Shown piece after piece: positions 55,469 to 64,000 of a DNA stretch of 64,000 bases (position 1 is the stretch's first letter; every line of letters starts with the position of its first letter). The stretch is from NCBI GenBank assembly GCA_024692605.1, contig JAILMQ010000072.1:5238-69237 (forward strand). Reading direction: 5' to 3'. The notes under the pieces were generated by a model that worked only from the letters and a program-made list of their open reading frames with translations, did not search any database and was not told the DNA's origin. The DNA comes from Eubacterium sp. GTDB lineage: Bacteria > Bacillota > Clostridia > Lachnospirales > Lachnospiraceae. The position numbers and the translations under genes were made by a program.

Positions 55469-56758
55469 TCAGTCTTTTACCCAGGCATTGCTTGCAATAA
55501 ACTCTTCCAATATATCTCTGTCGATTTTTCCTTCGTCAGCCATGCTTCTCAGTATTGCAAATGCCTTTTCCGGTGGAACCGGTGGTTTATAAGGTCTGTC
55601 GTCTGCTGTTAAAGCATCATATACATCTATTATGGTAAGGATTCTTACCTCCCAGGAAATATCCTCGGCTTTTATTCCATCAGGATATCCGGTGCCATCC
55701 AGATATTCATGATGCTGAGATGCCCACTTAGGGACATTTTCATAAATTCCATCGAATTCCATCTGACTAAGCAGTTCTCTTGTATAGGATGCATGAGACT
55801 GAATTACTTTTCTTTCAGCGTCAGTAAGGGTACCTCTCCTTACACATAAAGATTCAAGTTCGTAATCATCCAAAATAGGAATTTTTCTTCCCGTTGAATC
55901 AAGACATTTAAGCTTCGAAACATCAATTACTTTCTGATATGTTTCATCATCCAGAAATCCCAGTTTATTAACCTTAAGAATAAGCTCCGAAGCATCTTCC
56001 AGCTTTGCGATCATTTCAAGTGCATCCTCAGTTTCTTCAGGATTTTCCAGCATCCTTATCCTCTCACAGAGAATGGCCAGCTCAATTCTGTAATAAACAT
56101 CCTTTTCACTGTCCCCCAGTCTGGTGGGCTTATCCATTATCTCAAGAGGAATGATCAGTTTTCCTATGTCATGTAACCAAACACTGGCAAGAAAAGGAGT
56201 CCTGTTTTCAGGATTCCTTAACTTACCAGTTTCTTCTAAAATATTCAAAAATTTAATAGCATAACCAACCATATTCCTTGTATGGTTAGCATTATAAGGG
56301 GATCTTTTTTCTATAGCTGTGATCATCAGCTGCACGAACTGATCCACAAAACGGATGAGTCTGTTTGTAAGCTCTTCATTGCTCTTATTCAGCTCAACCA
56401 GCTCTGTGATATCATTAATAACGACAATAACTCCTGTATTCTCTGCTTCACTTTTGAGAAATGAAACTACAAGACGGAGATACTTCGTCTTACCCTTCGT
56501 ATGATATTCAATAACCTCATTAACAACCTGCTTTGTAAAAATAGCATCTATAAGGCACTGAAAAAAATCATCGTTTTTATCGGTGATAGCCATAAGAGAA
56601 GCTATAGTATTGCCGGTTAACTTTTTGGCATCAATTTCCAGGATATCAGCAGCAATCTCATTTTCCAGCCTGATGATACCATCGTATCCCACAATAAGTA
56701 TTCCATCTGACATATTCTGCGAAATATTCTCATACTTGATGCTTCCGGTGTTGGGCAT
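55469..56758 (-). CDS. PAS plus HD-GYP cyclic-dinucleotide phosphodiesterase
   Basis: PAS-like N-terminus (NMSDGILIV...VINDITE), LHDIGK, HHEYLDGTGYP, DVYDALTADDRPYK. Confidence 0.9.
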   Translation of the reverse strand: MPNTGSIKYENISQNMSDGILIVGYDGIIRLENEIAADILEIDAKKLTGNTIASLMAITDKNDDFFQCLIDAIFTKQVVNEVIEYHTKGKTKYLRLVVSFLKSEAENTGVIVVINDITELVELNKSNEELTNRLIRFVDQFVQLMITAIEKRSPYNANHTRNMVGYAIKFLNILEETGKLRNPENRTPFLASVWLHDIGKLIIPLEIMDKPTRLGDSEKDVYYRIELAILCERIRMLENPEETEDALEMIAKLEDASELILKVNKLGFLDDETYQKVIDVSKLKCLDSTGRKIPILDDYELESLCVRRGTLTDAERKVIQSHASYTRELLSQMEFDGIYENVPKWASQHHEYLDGTGYPDGIKAEDISWEVRILTIIDVYDALTADDRPYKPPVPPEKAFAILRSMADEGKIDRDILEEFIASNAWVKD

Positions 56759-56787
56759 ATAACTTCTCCTATTTATATCACTAATTA

Positions 56788-58860
56788 TTATTCACTTTTA
56801 TTATTCTCTATCTCAGCCTTTGCAACCTCATCCGGAGCCTGCTCATATCTGGCAAACTCGTATGAGAATGTTCCGCTACCCCTTGTCATAGAGAAAAGCT
56901 TTGTATCATACTCATAAAGCTCGATATATGGAATATCAGCAAGGATTTCCTGATATCCATTCTCAACAGGATTCATTCCTAAAACTCTGGCACGACGCTT
57001 GTTCAGATCACCCATTACATCACCTGTATACTGATCTGAAACAAGAACCTTAAGGGATGCTACCGGCTCAAGAAGAACTGGACTTGCATCCATAAATCCC
57101 TTCTTAAAGGCCTGGGTTGTTGCAACCTTGAAGGCAAGCTCTGAAGAATCTACTGCATGATAACTACCATCATAAAGAACTACCTTTACTCCGGTTACAG
57201 GATATCCTGCAAGAGGACCACTCTTAACAGATTCAATGATACCCTTTTCAACTGCAGGGAAGTAATTCTTTGGAACTGCTCCACCAACTACAGTCTGCTC
57301 AAATTCATAAGCTTCTTCCATATTTCCTGATGGTTCCATAGTAATCTTAACGTGTCCGTACTGACCATGTCCACCGGACTGCTTCTTATACTTATACTCT
57401 GTATCTGACTTCTTTCTGATAGTCTCTTTAAAGGCGATTCTCGGTCTCATAAGCTCGATCTCGACTTTGTATTTCTCCTTGAGTACATTTAATATTACAT
57501 CAAGATGCTGAGCACTGATTCCATAAAGAAGTGTCTGACCATTATCTGCATCATTAACATACTTGATAGTCTGGTCTTCCATCATAACCTTTGAAAGTGC
57601 CTGTGATATCTTATCTTCATCGCCCTTGTTTTTAGCCACGTATCTTCTATAAACATATGGTTTTGAAATAGGTGTACGAATGTATGTTATCGGGTGCTTC
57701 TTTGTTGAAAGTGAATCGGTTGTCTGGGTTACGGAAAGCTTTGCAAGAGCTCCAATATCACCTGCATGAAGTTCTTTAACCTCTTCAACCTTGTTTGCAC
57801 GGATTACGTACAGCTTGCCCAGTCTCTCTTCAGCATCTCTATGATAATTAAACAGTACATCATCCGGCTTCAAAACTCCGGAGTTAACCTTTATAAGTGA
57901 ATACTTTCCAATATATGGATCTGCAATAGTTTTGAAAACATATGCTGATTTAGGTTTTGAGAAGTCATAGTCAGCTTCAAATACATCATTACTCTCAGTA
58001 TTAATACCTGCACATTTTACTCTGTCAGGGCTTGGGAAGTACTTGATGATATCAGCCATAAGTGTGTACTGACCTCTTGCAAGAGTATTTGATCCCATAA
58101 GAACAGGAACTATTGATCCATCAAATACGCTTGTACGAAGTGCAGATCTTATCTCATCCTCTGAGAACTCATCGCCTTCAAAGAATCTTTCCATAAACTC
58201 TTCGCTGGTCTCAGCAACTGCTTCTACCAAAACGTCACGGCAGATTGCAAGATTCTCCTGTGAATAATCAGGAACATCAAACTTATCTACTGTACCCTTG
58301 TCGTTCCATCTCTTAGCCTTCTGCTGAATAACATTTACATATCCAACAAACTGCTCATTCTCACGGATTGGAAGATGGAATGGAGCGATTCTCTTTCCAT
58401 ACATATCCTGAAGACCCTGAACAACTTCTCTGAAGCTTGCTTTATCCTCATCCATCTCTGTAACGAAGAACATTCTTGGAAGATTTCTCTTCTCGCACAT
58501 ATCCCATGCACGCATTGTTCCGGTTTCAATACCGTTCTTTCCGGAAATGACAATTATAGCAGCATCGGCAACAGAAACTGCTTCCTCTGCCTCACCTATA
58601 AAATCATAGAATCCAGGAGTATCAAGAATATTAACCTTGTATCCTTCCCACTCAATCGGTATAACTGAAGTCTTGATGGAAATCTTTCTCTTAATCTCCT
58701 CTTTGTCGAAGTCACTGACAGTATTGCCGCCTTCAACAGTTCCCATACGATTGGTCAAGCCGGCAAGGTAAGTCATAGCCTCAACCAGTGATGTCTTTCC
58801 GGAGCCCCCATGCCCCAAAAGGACTACATTACGAATCTTGTCCGTAGTAAATACATTCAT
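56788..58860 (-). CDS. fusA: Elongation factor G paralogue (EF-G2 type)
   Basis: GHGGSGKT, RKISI, DTPG, divergent G4 (TEMD), KKQSGGHGQYG, GSYHAVDSS, LLEP. Confidence 0.9.
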   Translation of the reverse strand: MNVFTTDKIRNVVLLGHGGSGKTSLVEAMTYLAGLTNRMGTVEGGNTVSDFDKEEIKRKISIKTSVIPIEWEGYKVNILDTPGFYDFIGEAEEAVSVADAAIIVISGKNGIETGTMRAWDMCEKRNLPRMFFVTEMDEDKASFREVVQGLQDMYGKRIAPFHLPIRENEQFVGYVNVIQQKAKRWNDKGTVDKFDVPDYSQENLAICRDVLVEAVAETSEEFMERFFEGDEFSEDEIRSALRTSVFDGSIVPVLMGSNTLARGQYTLMADIIKYFPSPDRVKCAGINTESNDVFEADYDFSKPKSAYVFKTIADPYIGKYSLIKVNSGVLKPDDVLFNYHRDAEERLGKLYVIRANKVEEVKELHAGDIGALAKLSVTQTTDSLSTKKHPITYIRTPISKPYVYRRYVAKNKGDEDKISQALSKVMMEDQTIKYVNDADNGQTLLYGISAQHLDVILNVLKEKYKVEIELMRPRIAFKETIRKKSDTEYKYKKQSGGHGQYGHVKITMEPSGNMEEAYEFEQTVVGGAVPKNYFPAVEKGIIESVKSGPLAGYPVTGVKVVLYDGSYHAVDSSELAFKVATTQAFKKGFMDASPVLLEPVASLKVLVSDQYTGDVMGDLNKRRARVLGMNPVENGYQEILADIPYIELYEYDTKLFSMTRGSGTFSYEFARYEQAPDEVAKAEIENNKSE

Positions 58861-58915
58861 GTAACCACCTCCATATTATGTTCATTATATATAATGGAAT
58901 TGCTCCCATTATTTT

Positions 58916-58945
58916 AAAGGCAAGCTAAAATAGCTTGCCTTTTTT
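58916..58945. terminator. Hairpin terminator between the acyl-CoA ligase and EF-G2
   Basis: AAAGGCAAGCTA-AAA-TAGCTTGCCTTT, a perfect stem. The longer T-run is on the plus strand. Confidence 0.7.
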
Positions 58946-58950
58946 ACACA

Positions 58951-60555
58951 CTAATTACCCGCAGGGATATTCTTATGTCTCACTATCTTCATGCTGGCAT
59001 TCTTAATAAACTCCTCATCGCGAAGTTTTATCTTAGTAATCTGCTTATATATAGGTCTGCCCTTATTGACCTTATTTTTCAGCTTTTCAAAATATTCCAC
59101 GTCTCCAAGATGTTTCTCATCAGGGAATACTTCCGCAACTATCTTACCGTTCTCATCATAAACAAGTGCCTCATTTACGGCGTCATCTCTCTGAAGATTA
59201 AGCTCAAGCTCTTCAGGAGAAATGTTTTCTCCATTACTGAGAATGATAAGGTTCTTTGCTCTACCTGTCAGGAATATGAAGTTATCCTCATCTACATAAC
59301 CAAGATCTCCGGTATGATACCATCCATCCTTAAGGGCAGCTGCCGTCGCTTCAGGATTTTTGTAATATCCCTTCATTACAAGTTCGCCTCTGAACGCAAT
59401 CTCTCCCTCTTCAGTTGCCTTAACCTCAATTCCGGGCACAACAACACCAACGCTTCCATCCTTATGGAAAAGCGGTCTGTTAACAGCTGTACAAGGAGAA
59501 CACTCTGTTGCCCCATATCCATTAAGGATTTCAATACCCCATGTTCTGAACTCCTTAACATACATAGGATCAAGTGCCGCTCCACCACATATGATGTATT
59601 CAAGATTTCCACCGAATACCTTCTGAATAGTTCCGTATGTCTTTTTTCTCACATCCAGACCTGTTTTAAGAAGAAGGTCAGTGGATTTCATAAGTCCTTT
59701 AAAAGCCTGAGTCTTACCTCTTTTTGCGATTTCTGCCCATATCTGTCTGTGGAAGAACTCAACAAACATCGGAACAAGGAACATGGTCTGAGGTCCAAAC
59801 TCCTCCATGTTCTTCTTCACGAATTTAAGACTCTTATTAATATATATAGGCTGACAATAATTAATAACCATCAGTATTCCTACCACCAGACCAAAGGCAT
59901 GATGGAACGGAAGCACTGCAAGAACTCCACCCTTAGGCTCAAAAAGCTTACTTGTATTTACAATCTCAAAAGCAATATTATGATTAGTAAGCTCTACACC
60001 CTTACTGATACCCGTGGTACCGGATGTGAAAAGAATTGTCGCAGTTTTATCATGAATTAATTCATACTTAAGGAACTCATCAGTTCCTTCTTTAAGAAGG
60101 CTTCTTCCTTCAGAAAGGAAATCATCAAACTCCTTAAGATTGTACATCTTCTTTCTTGTTTTCTTTTTAAGTTTCTCATAATAAGTATCAGAAACAAAGA
60201 ACACGTCAACTTCTCCGATTTTGGAAAGGTCCATAACCTCATCCTCAGGAAGATTCTTATCAATTGCAACAGCAACACTTCCGCCAAAGATTGCAGCAAA
60301 ATATGTTACAAGCCACTCATATGAATTCTCGCCGATTATCGCAACGTGCTTGTCCTTTATCTTCTTGTCATACATCCATGTTCCGAAAGCGTCGATATCA
60401 TTCTTCAGATCCAGGTATGATTTCTTCATCTCTCCTGTTTCACAAGGATAGATAAATGCTGTATTGTCAGGTATCTGATCTGCGTTCCTGTTGATCATCT
60501 CTTTAAGGTCCTTCATCTCAGGAACACTGTAATATTCATATGGTTTGTTTCTCAT
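58951..60555 (-). CDS. Long-chain fatty-acid-CoA ligase (AMP-binding)
   Basis: FTSGTTG.SKG, LPFHH, NGYGATE, HTGDLG, GRAKN, GENISPEE. Confidence 0.93.
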   Translation of the reverse strand: MRNKPYEYYSVPEMKDLKEMINRNADQIPDNTAFIYPCETGEMKKSYLDLKNDIDAFGTWMYDKKIKDKHVAIIGENSYEWLVTYFAAIFGGSVAVAIDKNLPEDEVMDLSKIGEVDVFFVSDTYYEKLKKKTRKKMYNLKEFDDFLSEGRSLLKEGTDEFLKYELIHDKTATILFTSGTTGISKGVELTNHNIAFEIVNTSKLFEPKGGVLAVLPFHHAFGLVVGILMVINYCQPIYINKSLKFVKKNMEEFGPQTMFLVPMFVEFFHRQIWAEIAKRGKTQAFKGLMKSTDLLLKTGLDVRKKTYGTIQKVFGGNLEYIICGGAALDPMYVKEFRTWGIEILNGYGATECSPCTAVNRPLFHKDGSVGVVVPGIEVKATEEGEIAFRGELVMKGYYKNPEATAAALKDGWYHTGDLGYVDEDNFIFLTGRAKNLIILSNGENISPEELELNLQRDDAVNEALVYDENGKIVAEVFPDEKHLGDVEYFEKLKNKVNKGRPIYKQITKIKLRDEEFIKNASMKIVRHKNIPAGN

Positions 60556-60579
60556 TTTTAAACTCCCTAGTATATAGCT

Positions 60580-62430
60580 TTAATAAATAACAACCTTTGT
60601 ACCGGTTGGTATGTTGTCGTAAATCCACTTGGCATTTTCCTTCTCAAGTCTTACACAACCATGTGAAAGTGCCATTCCTACACGTCCATCTGTAACATTT
60701 CCATTCTTGTCGCAAAGCACTGAATGGAACAGATAATTTCCATGGAACTGAGTATAGTAGAAGCATCTTGCTCCACCCTCAGCATCGAAATAGTAACCCT
60801 TACTCTGGGTAGTAAATGTACCCTTTACTGTAGGTGATGAAGGTGCACCATCTGCACACTTCCATTTATGAACTGTTGTCCATGCACCCTTGTAACCCTT
60901 ATAAATTGCAACATAGTGAATACTGCAGTTTACAAGGATAAGATACTGTGTATTACTGCTGATGTCTGCAGCCTTTGCATCCATTCCATCAGGTGTAAGT
61001 CCTTCCCAACGTCCTTCTGAATCAAGCTTCTTTCCATCAATAGTAGTATTCTTAGCCATAGCACCCATAGGTTTTCCGGCTTTATTCTTTGCTTTATAGA
61101 AATAGTATTCATTTCCGTTCAGCTGATGCCATCCTGTAAGTGCAGAACCATCCTGATCAAGGAAATATTTATTACCCTTATATGTGAACCAGCCTGTTGC
61201 TACTCCACCATTCTTAAGGAAGTAATACTTTTTCTTCTTTAACAGCTTCCAGCCCTTTACTCTCTTACCATTCTTAAGGAAGTAATAGGTCTTTCCATCT
61301 ATTGTTGTCCAACCTCTGGCTCTGACACCGTCATCATCAAAGAAGTATTTTGCCTTCTTGATCTTAACCCAGCCCTTAGCCATCTGGTAATTCTTCTTGA
61401 AGTAATACTTCTTACCATTCTTATTAAGCCAGCCTTTGTAAAGCTTTCCTGTTTTATCTATAGAATAATATGTATTATCACCATCAGTAACGAAGCCGGC
61501 CTTAGCCCTACCGTTTGACCGGAAGAAATATGCATCATTTCCAATCATTACAAGACCCTTGGCAAGTCTACCCTTTTCATCAAAGTAATAATACTTTCCT
61601 GAAAGCTTCTTTAAGCCCTTAAGCATTACACCCTTTTTACTGAAGTAATACTTATTCTTTTTAAGTGTGAACCATCCTGTTACACGTCCACCGTCAACTT
61701 TTCTAAGATAGTATGTATTTCCACCAACTGTAAGGAATCCGGTCTGCATAATACCCTTCTTTGAGAAGTAGCAGTAATTGGAATTAACCAGTACCCAGCC
61801 GGTTTTCATTACACCATCATTATCAAAATAATATTTCTTGGATCCGATAACCTGAAGTCCTGTAGCAATTGTACCGTTGCTCTGGATATAATATCTCTTC
61901 TGGTCAGCTGTAACCCATCCGGTCTTAAGCTTTCCGTTGGCATCGAAATAATACTTCTTGCCATCTATGATCTTGAATCCGGACTTAGCCTTTCCAAGAG
62001 CACTATCAATAAAATACAGAGAACCATCGATGGTCTGCCAGCCTGTAAGCTTCACACCATTCTTATCATAGTAAAACTCATTACCCAGAACAGTCTGCCA
62101 ACCGGTCTGCATCACACCATTATCATCGAAGTAATATTCTTTGTTATCGATTGCCTGAATACCTGTCTGCATTACTCCGTTTTCATCAAAGTAATACTTC
62201 TTCTCCTCTATTGTCTGGAAACCGGTAACAACATAACCTTCCTCATTAAAATAGTACTTTTTTCCGTCTATCTCCTGCCAGCCTGTGAGTATAGTGGCAT
62301 CGTCGGTTTCATAGGTTATTCCCTTGTCGTCCTTTTTCCATCCGGCTGCCAATGCATCATATGTGGGGCAAAGTGCAAAGGCTAAAACGACTAAAAGGCC
62401 TAACAGAACTCTTCTCTTGAAATTAATCAT
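60580..62430 (-). CDS. L,D-transpeptidase (YkuD) with about 21 choline/glucan-binding-type cell-wall repeats
   Basis: Signal peptide ending ALA, 20-aa TGW....YYF...G repeats, FHS and SHGCVRL. ATG 62430 overlaps the hscC stop (ATGA). Confidence 0.92.
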   Translation of the reverse strand: MINFKRRVLLGLLVVLAFALCPTYDALAAGWKKDDKGITYETDDATILTGWQEIDGKKYYFNEEGYVVTGFQTIEEKKYYFDENGVMQTGIQAIDNKEYYFDDNGVMQTGWQTVLGNEFYYDKNGVKLTGWQTIDGSLYFIDSALGKAKSGFKIIDGKKYYFDANGKLKTGWVTADQKRYYIQSNGTIATGLQVIGSKKYYFDNDGVMKTGWVLVNSNYCYFSKKGIMQTGFLTVGGNTYYLRKVDGGRVTGWFTLKKNKYYFSKKGVMLKGLKKLSGKYYYFDEKGRLAKGLVMIGNDAYFFRSNGRAKAGFVTDGDNTYYSIDKTGKLYKGWLNKNGKKYYFKKNYQMAKGWVKIKKAKYFFDDDGVRARGWTTIDGKTYYFLKNGKRVKGWKLLKKKKYYFLKNGGVATGWFTYKGNKYFLDQDGSALTGWHQLNGNEYYFYKAKNKAGKPMGAMAKNTTIDGKKLDSEGRWEGLTPDGMDAKAADISSNTQYLILVNCSIHYVAIYKGYKGAWTTVHKWKCADGAPSSPTVKGTFTTQSKGYYFDAEGGARCFYYTQFHGNYLFHSVLCDKNGNVTDGRVGMALSHGCVRLEKENAKWIYDNIPTGTKVVIY

Positions 62431-64000
62431 AATTCCTCCTCCCATTCATCAAGAAACTCTTTCAATCTGTTCCTTTCTTTCTCTATAATTCTTTTATCCT
62501 GAGAATTAAGTGCCAGTTCAAACTTTCTTGCCTCATTCTCAAGAACATCTCTATCTGCGCCCAGAGCTTCCTCATACATTCTTTCAACTCTCAGAAGTAT
62601 AAGTTTGTTCTCTTCCTGGTCTCTGGGGTGTATCTTCAGATAAGCCAGCTCCTGAAATCTTTTCTCGATTTCCTCGTCAGTCATCTCTGTATACTGACCC
62701 TTGATTATCTGTCGATATTTCTTATCTGTAGATATAACTCTGGCTTCAACCTCTAGTATTGAGTTTATATCATAAGTGTATGTCACGTCAACCGATTCCG
62801 CACCTGCTTTACCCTTTGGAACCTCGATTTCCATCTCCCCAAGTTCCAGGTTATTTTTAGCCATGCGGCTCTCTCCCTGCAGCACATTTATGGTGATTTT
62901 TGTCTGATTATCATGTACTGTGTAGAACCTCTCAGTTCTGCTTGCAGGAATGATAGTATTTCTTTCTATTATAGGACAGTAATGTCCGCCTTCCTTTACT
63001 CCATCTCCCAGATCCACCATAACCTCTGTTCCCAGAGTAAATGGACAAACATCTGTGAGTACCACCTCTCTGATGGACTGCTGTCTTTCCTTCATAGCTC
63101 CCTGAACAGCCGCTCCAAGGGCAACAGCTTCATCAGGATTAATGCTTGTATCCGGAAATCTGTGAATAAGCTTTCTAATAAATGATTGTACACCACTCAG
63201 CTTAGTTCCGCCACCCACAAGTACTACTTTATCTATATCGGTAAGCTTTAATTTGGCATCGCTGAGAGCTCTCTTAACCGGTATTCTTATTCTATCATAT
63301 AATGACTCACATGCCTTCTCATAATCCTGGGCCGTCAGCTCCATCTCCAGCTGTTCTTCGCCTACTTTGCATCTCATAACTGCAGAGTTGTTTTCTCCAA
63401 GATCCATCTTGCATTGCTCAGCAGCTTTATGAATTAAAGCTCTCTCTCTATATGTCAGATCTTCTTTTACAATATCCTTATTCTTCTTATAGAAGATATC
63501 CTCAATCACCTGGGTAAAATCTTCTCCTCCCAGATAATTATCACCTGCAACAGCTCTTACCTCCAGTATAGGTGGGAAATAATCCAGAATGGAAACATCC
63601 AGAGTACCGCCTCCCAGGTCGAATACCAGATTCTTTGTAGGCTTATCATCGTTGTAAAGTCCATGAGCTATGGCAGCGGCTGTAGGCTCGCTGATGATTC
63701 GCTCAACCTTGAGGCCTGCCAGTTCACCGGCTCTTTTAGTAGCCTTTCTTCTCATATCATTAAAATATGCAGGCACACTAATAACTGCCTCTTCAACCTC
63801 TTCATTAAGAAACTTTTCGGCATCCTCTTTAAGACTTCTGAGTACGAAGGAGGAAAGTTCCTCTGCAGTAAATTCCTTTTTACCGAGAGTATACTTTTTG
63901 TCACTTCCCATATCCCTTTTAAATACTGCAGCACTTGACTGTGGATACAGTCTCATTCTTTCTACTGCCGTCTTTCCGACATACACATTATCCTCTTCGT
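62427..64000 (-). CDS. hscC: HscC/Hsc62-type Hsp70 chaperone (5' end outside window)
   Basis: [51 protein letters not shown]. Confidence 0.9.
   Translation of the reverse strand, partial: EEDNVYVGKTAVERMRLYPQSSAAVFKRDMGSDKKYTLGKKEFTAEELSSFVLRSLKEDAEKFLNEEVEEAVISVPAYFNDMRRKATKRAGELAGLKVERIISEPTAAAIAHGLYNDDKPTKNLVFDLGGGTLDVSILDYFPPILEVRAVAGDNYLGGEDFTQVIEDIFYKKNKDIVKEDLTYRERALIHKAAEQCKMDLGENNSAVMRCKVGEEQLEMELTAQDYEKACESLYDRIRIPVKRALSDAKLKLTDIDKVVLVGGGTKLSGVQSFIRKLIHRFPDTSINPDEAVALGAAVQGAMKERQQSIREVVLTDVCPFTLGTEVMVDLGDGVKEGGHYCPIIERNTIIPASRTERFYTVHDNQTKITINVLQGESRMAKNNLELGEMEIEVPKGKAGAESVDVTYTYDINSILEVEARVISTDKKYRQIIKGQYTEMTDEEIEKRFQELAYLKIHPRDQEENKLILLRVERMYEEALGADRDVLENEARKFELALNSQDKRIIEKERNRLKEFLDEWEEEL

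Noticed and set aside
56788-58860. EF-G-like gene as a TetM-type ribosomal protection protein
   Set aside because: It keeps EF-G domain IV motifs (KKQSGGHGQYG, GSYHxVDSS), consistent with an EF-G2 paralogue.
58975-60060. 361-aa plus-strand ORF
   Set aside because: Fully antisense to the well-supported acyl-CoA ligase, with no motifs and shadow-ORF composition.
948-63938. Numerous short antisense or nested ORFs in the track (e.g. 4724-5380, 18255-18845, 38960-39571)
   Set aside because: They overlap motif-supported genes in other frames and have no recognisable domains.

Overview
This is a low-GC Firmicute window, most likely Lachnospiraceae/Eubacterium-like (inferred from gene content). Every credible gene except one lies on the minus strand. 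(1) 1-25.2 kb holds a cell-surface polysaccharide locus: a CDP-3,6-dideoxyhexose pathway (rfbF/G/H plus a reductase), Wzm/Wzt export, a WbdD-like methyltransferase/kinase, two lipid-carrier (GT2 plus GT-C-like) decoration modules, a WcaJ-like priming enzyme, TarI/LicD/TagF-like proteins and an SGNH protein. Six intact copies and one degenerate copy of a 29-bp GGGGTCWGACCCC palindrome sit at its gene junctions, and there is also a 73-bp tandem repeat. (2) dapL-dapF, then two secreted proteins that share a Lys-rich C-terminal module. (3) rpsF-ssb-rpsR with its S6:S18 leader RNA and promoter. (4) A two-component system next to an operon with a CiaR-type box, encoding a VTC polyphosphate-polymerase domain protein, DUF4956, a beta-helix lipoprotein, a GT2-GtrA-phosphodiester glycosidase fusion and a small membrane protein. 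This is the best candidate for an undescribed system. (5) The only plus-strand gene, a TIR-TM-beta-propeller protein, converges on a DHH/DHHA1-PGDYG phosphoesterase. (6) A ParB-like/BMP fusion, an amino-acid ABC transporter whose ATPase has an anti-sigma-kinase-like tail, a PAS/HD-GYP protein, EF-G2, an acyl-CoA ligase, a repeat-rich L,D-transpeptidase and a partial hscC. No rRNA, tRNA, CRISPR array, transposase or integrase was seen. All family calls come from reading motifs by eye; no searches were run.
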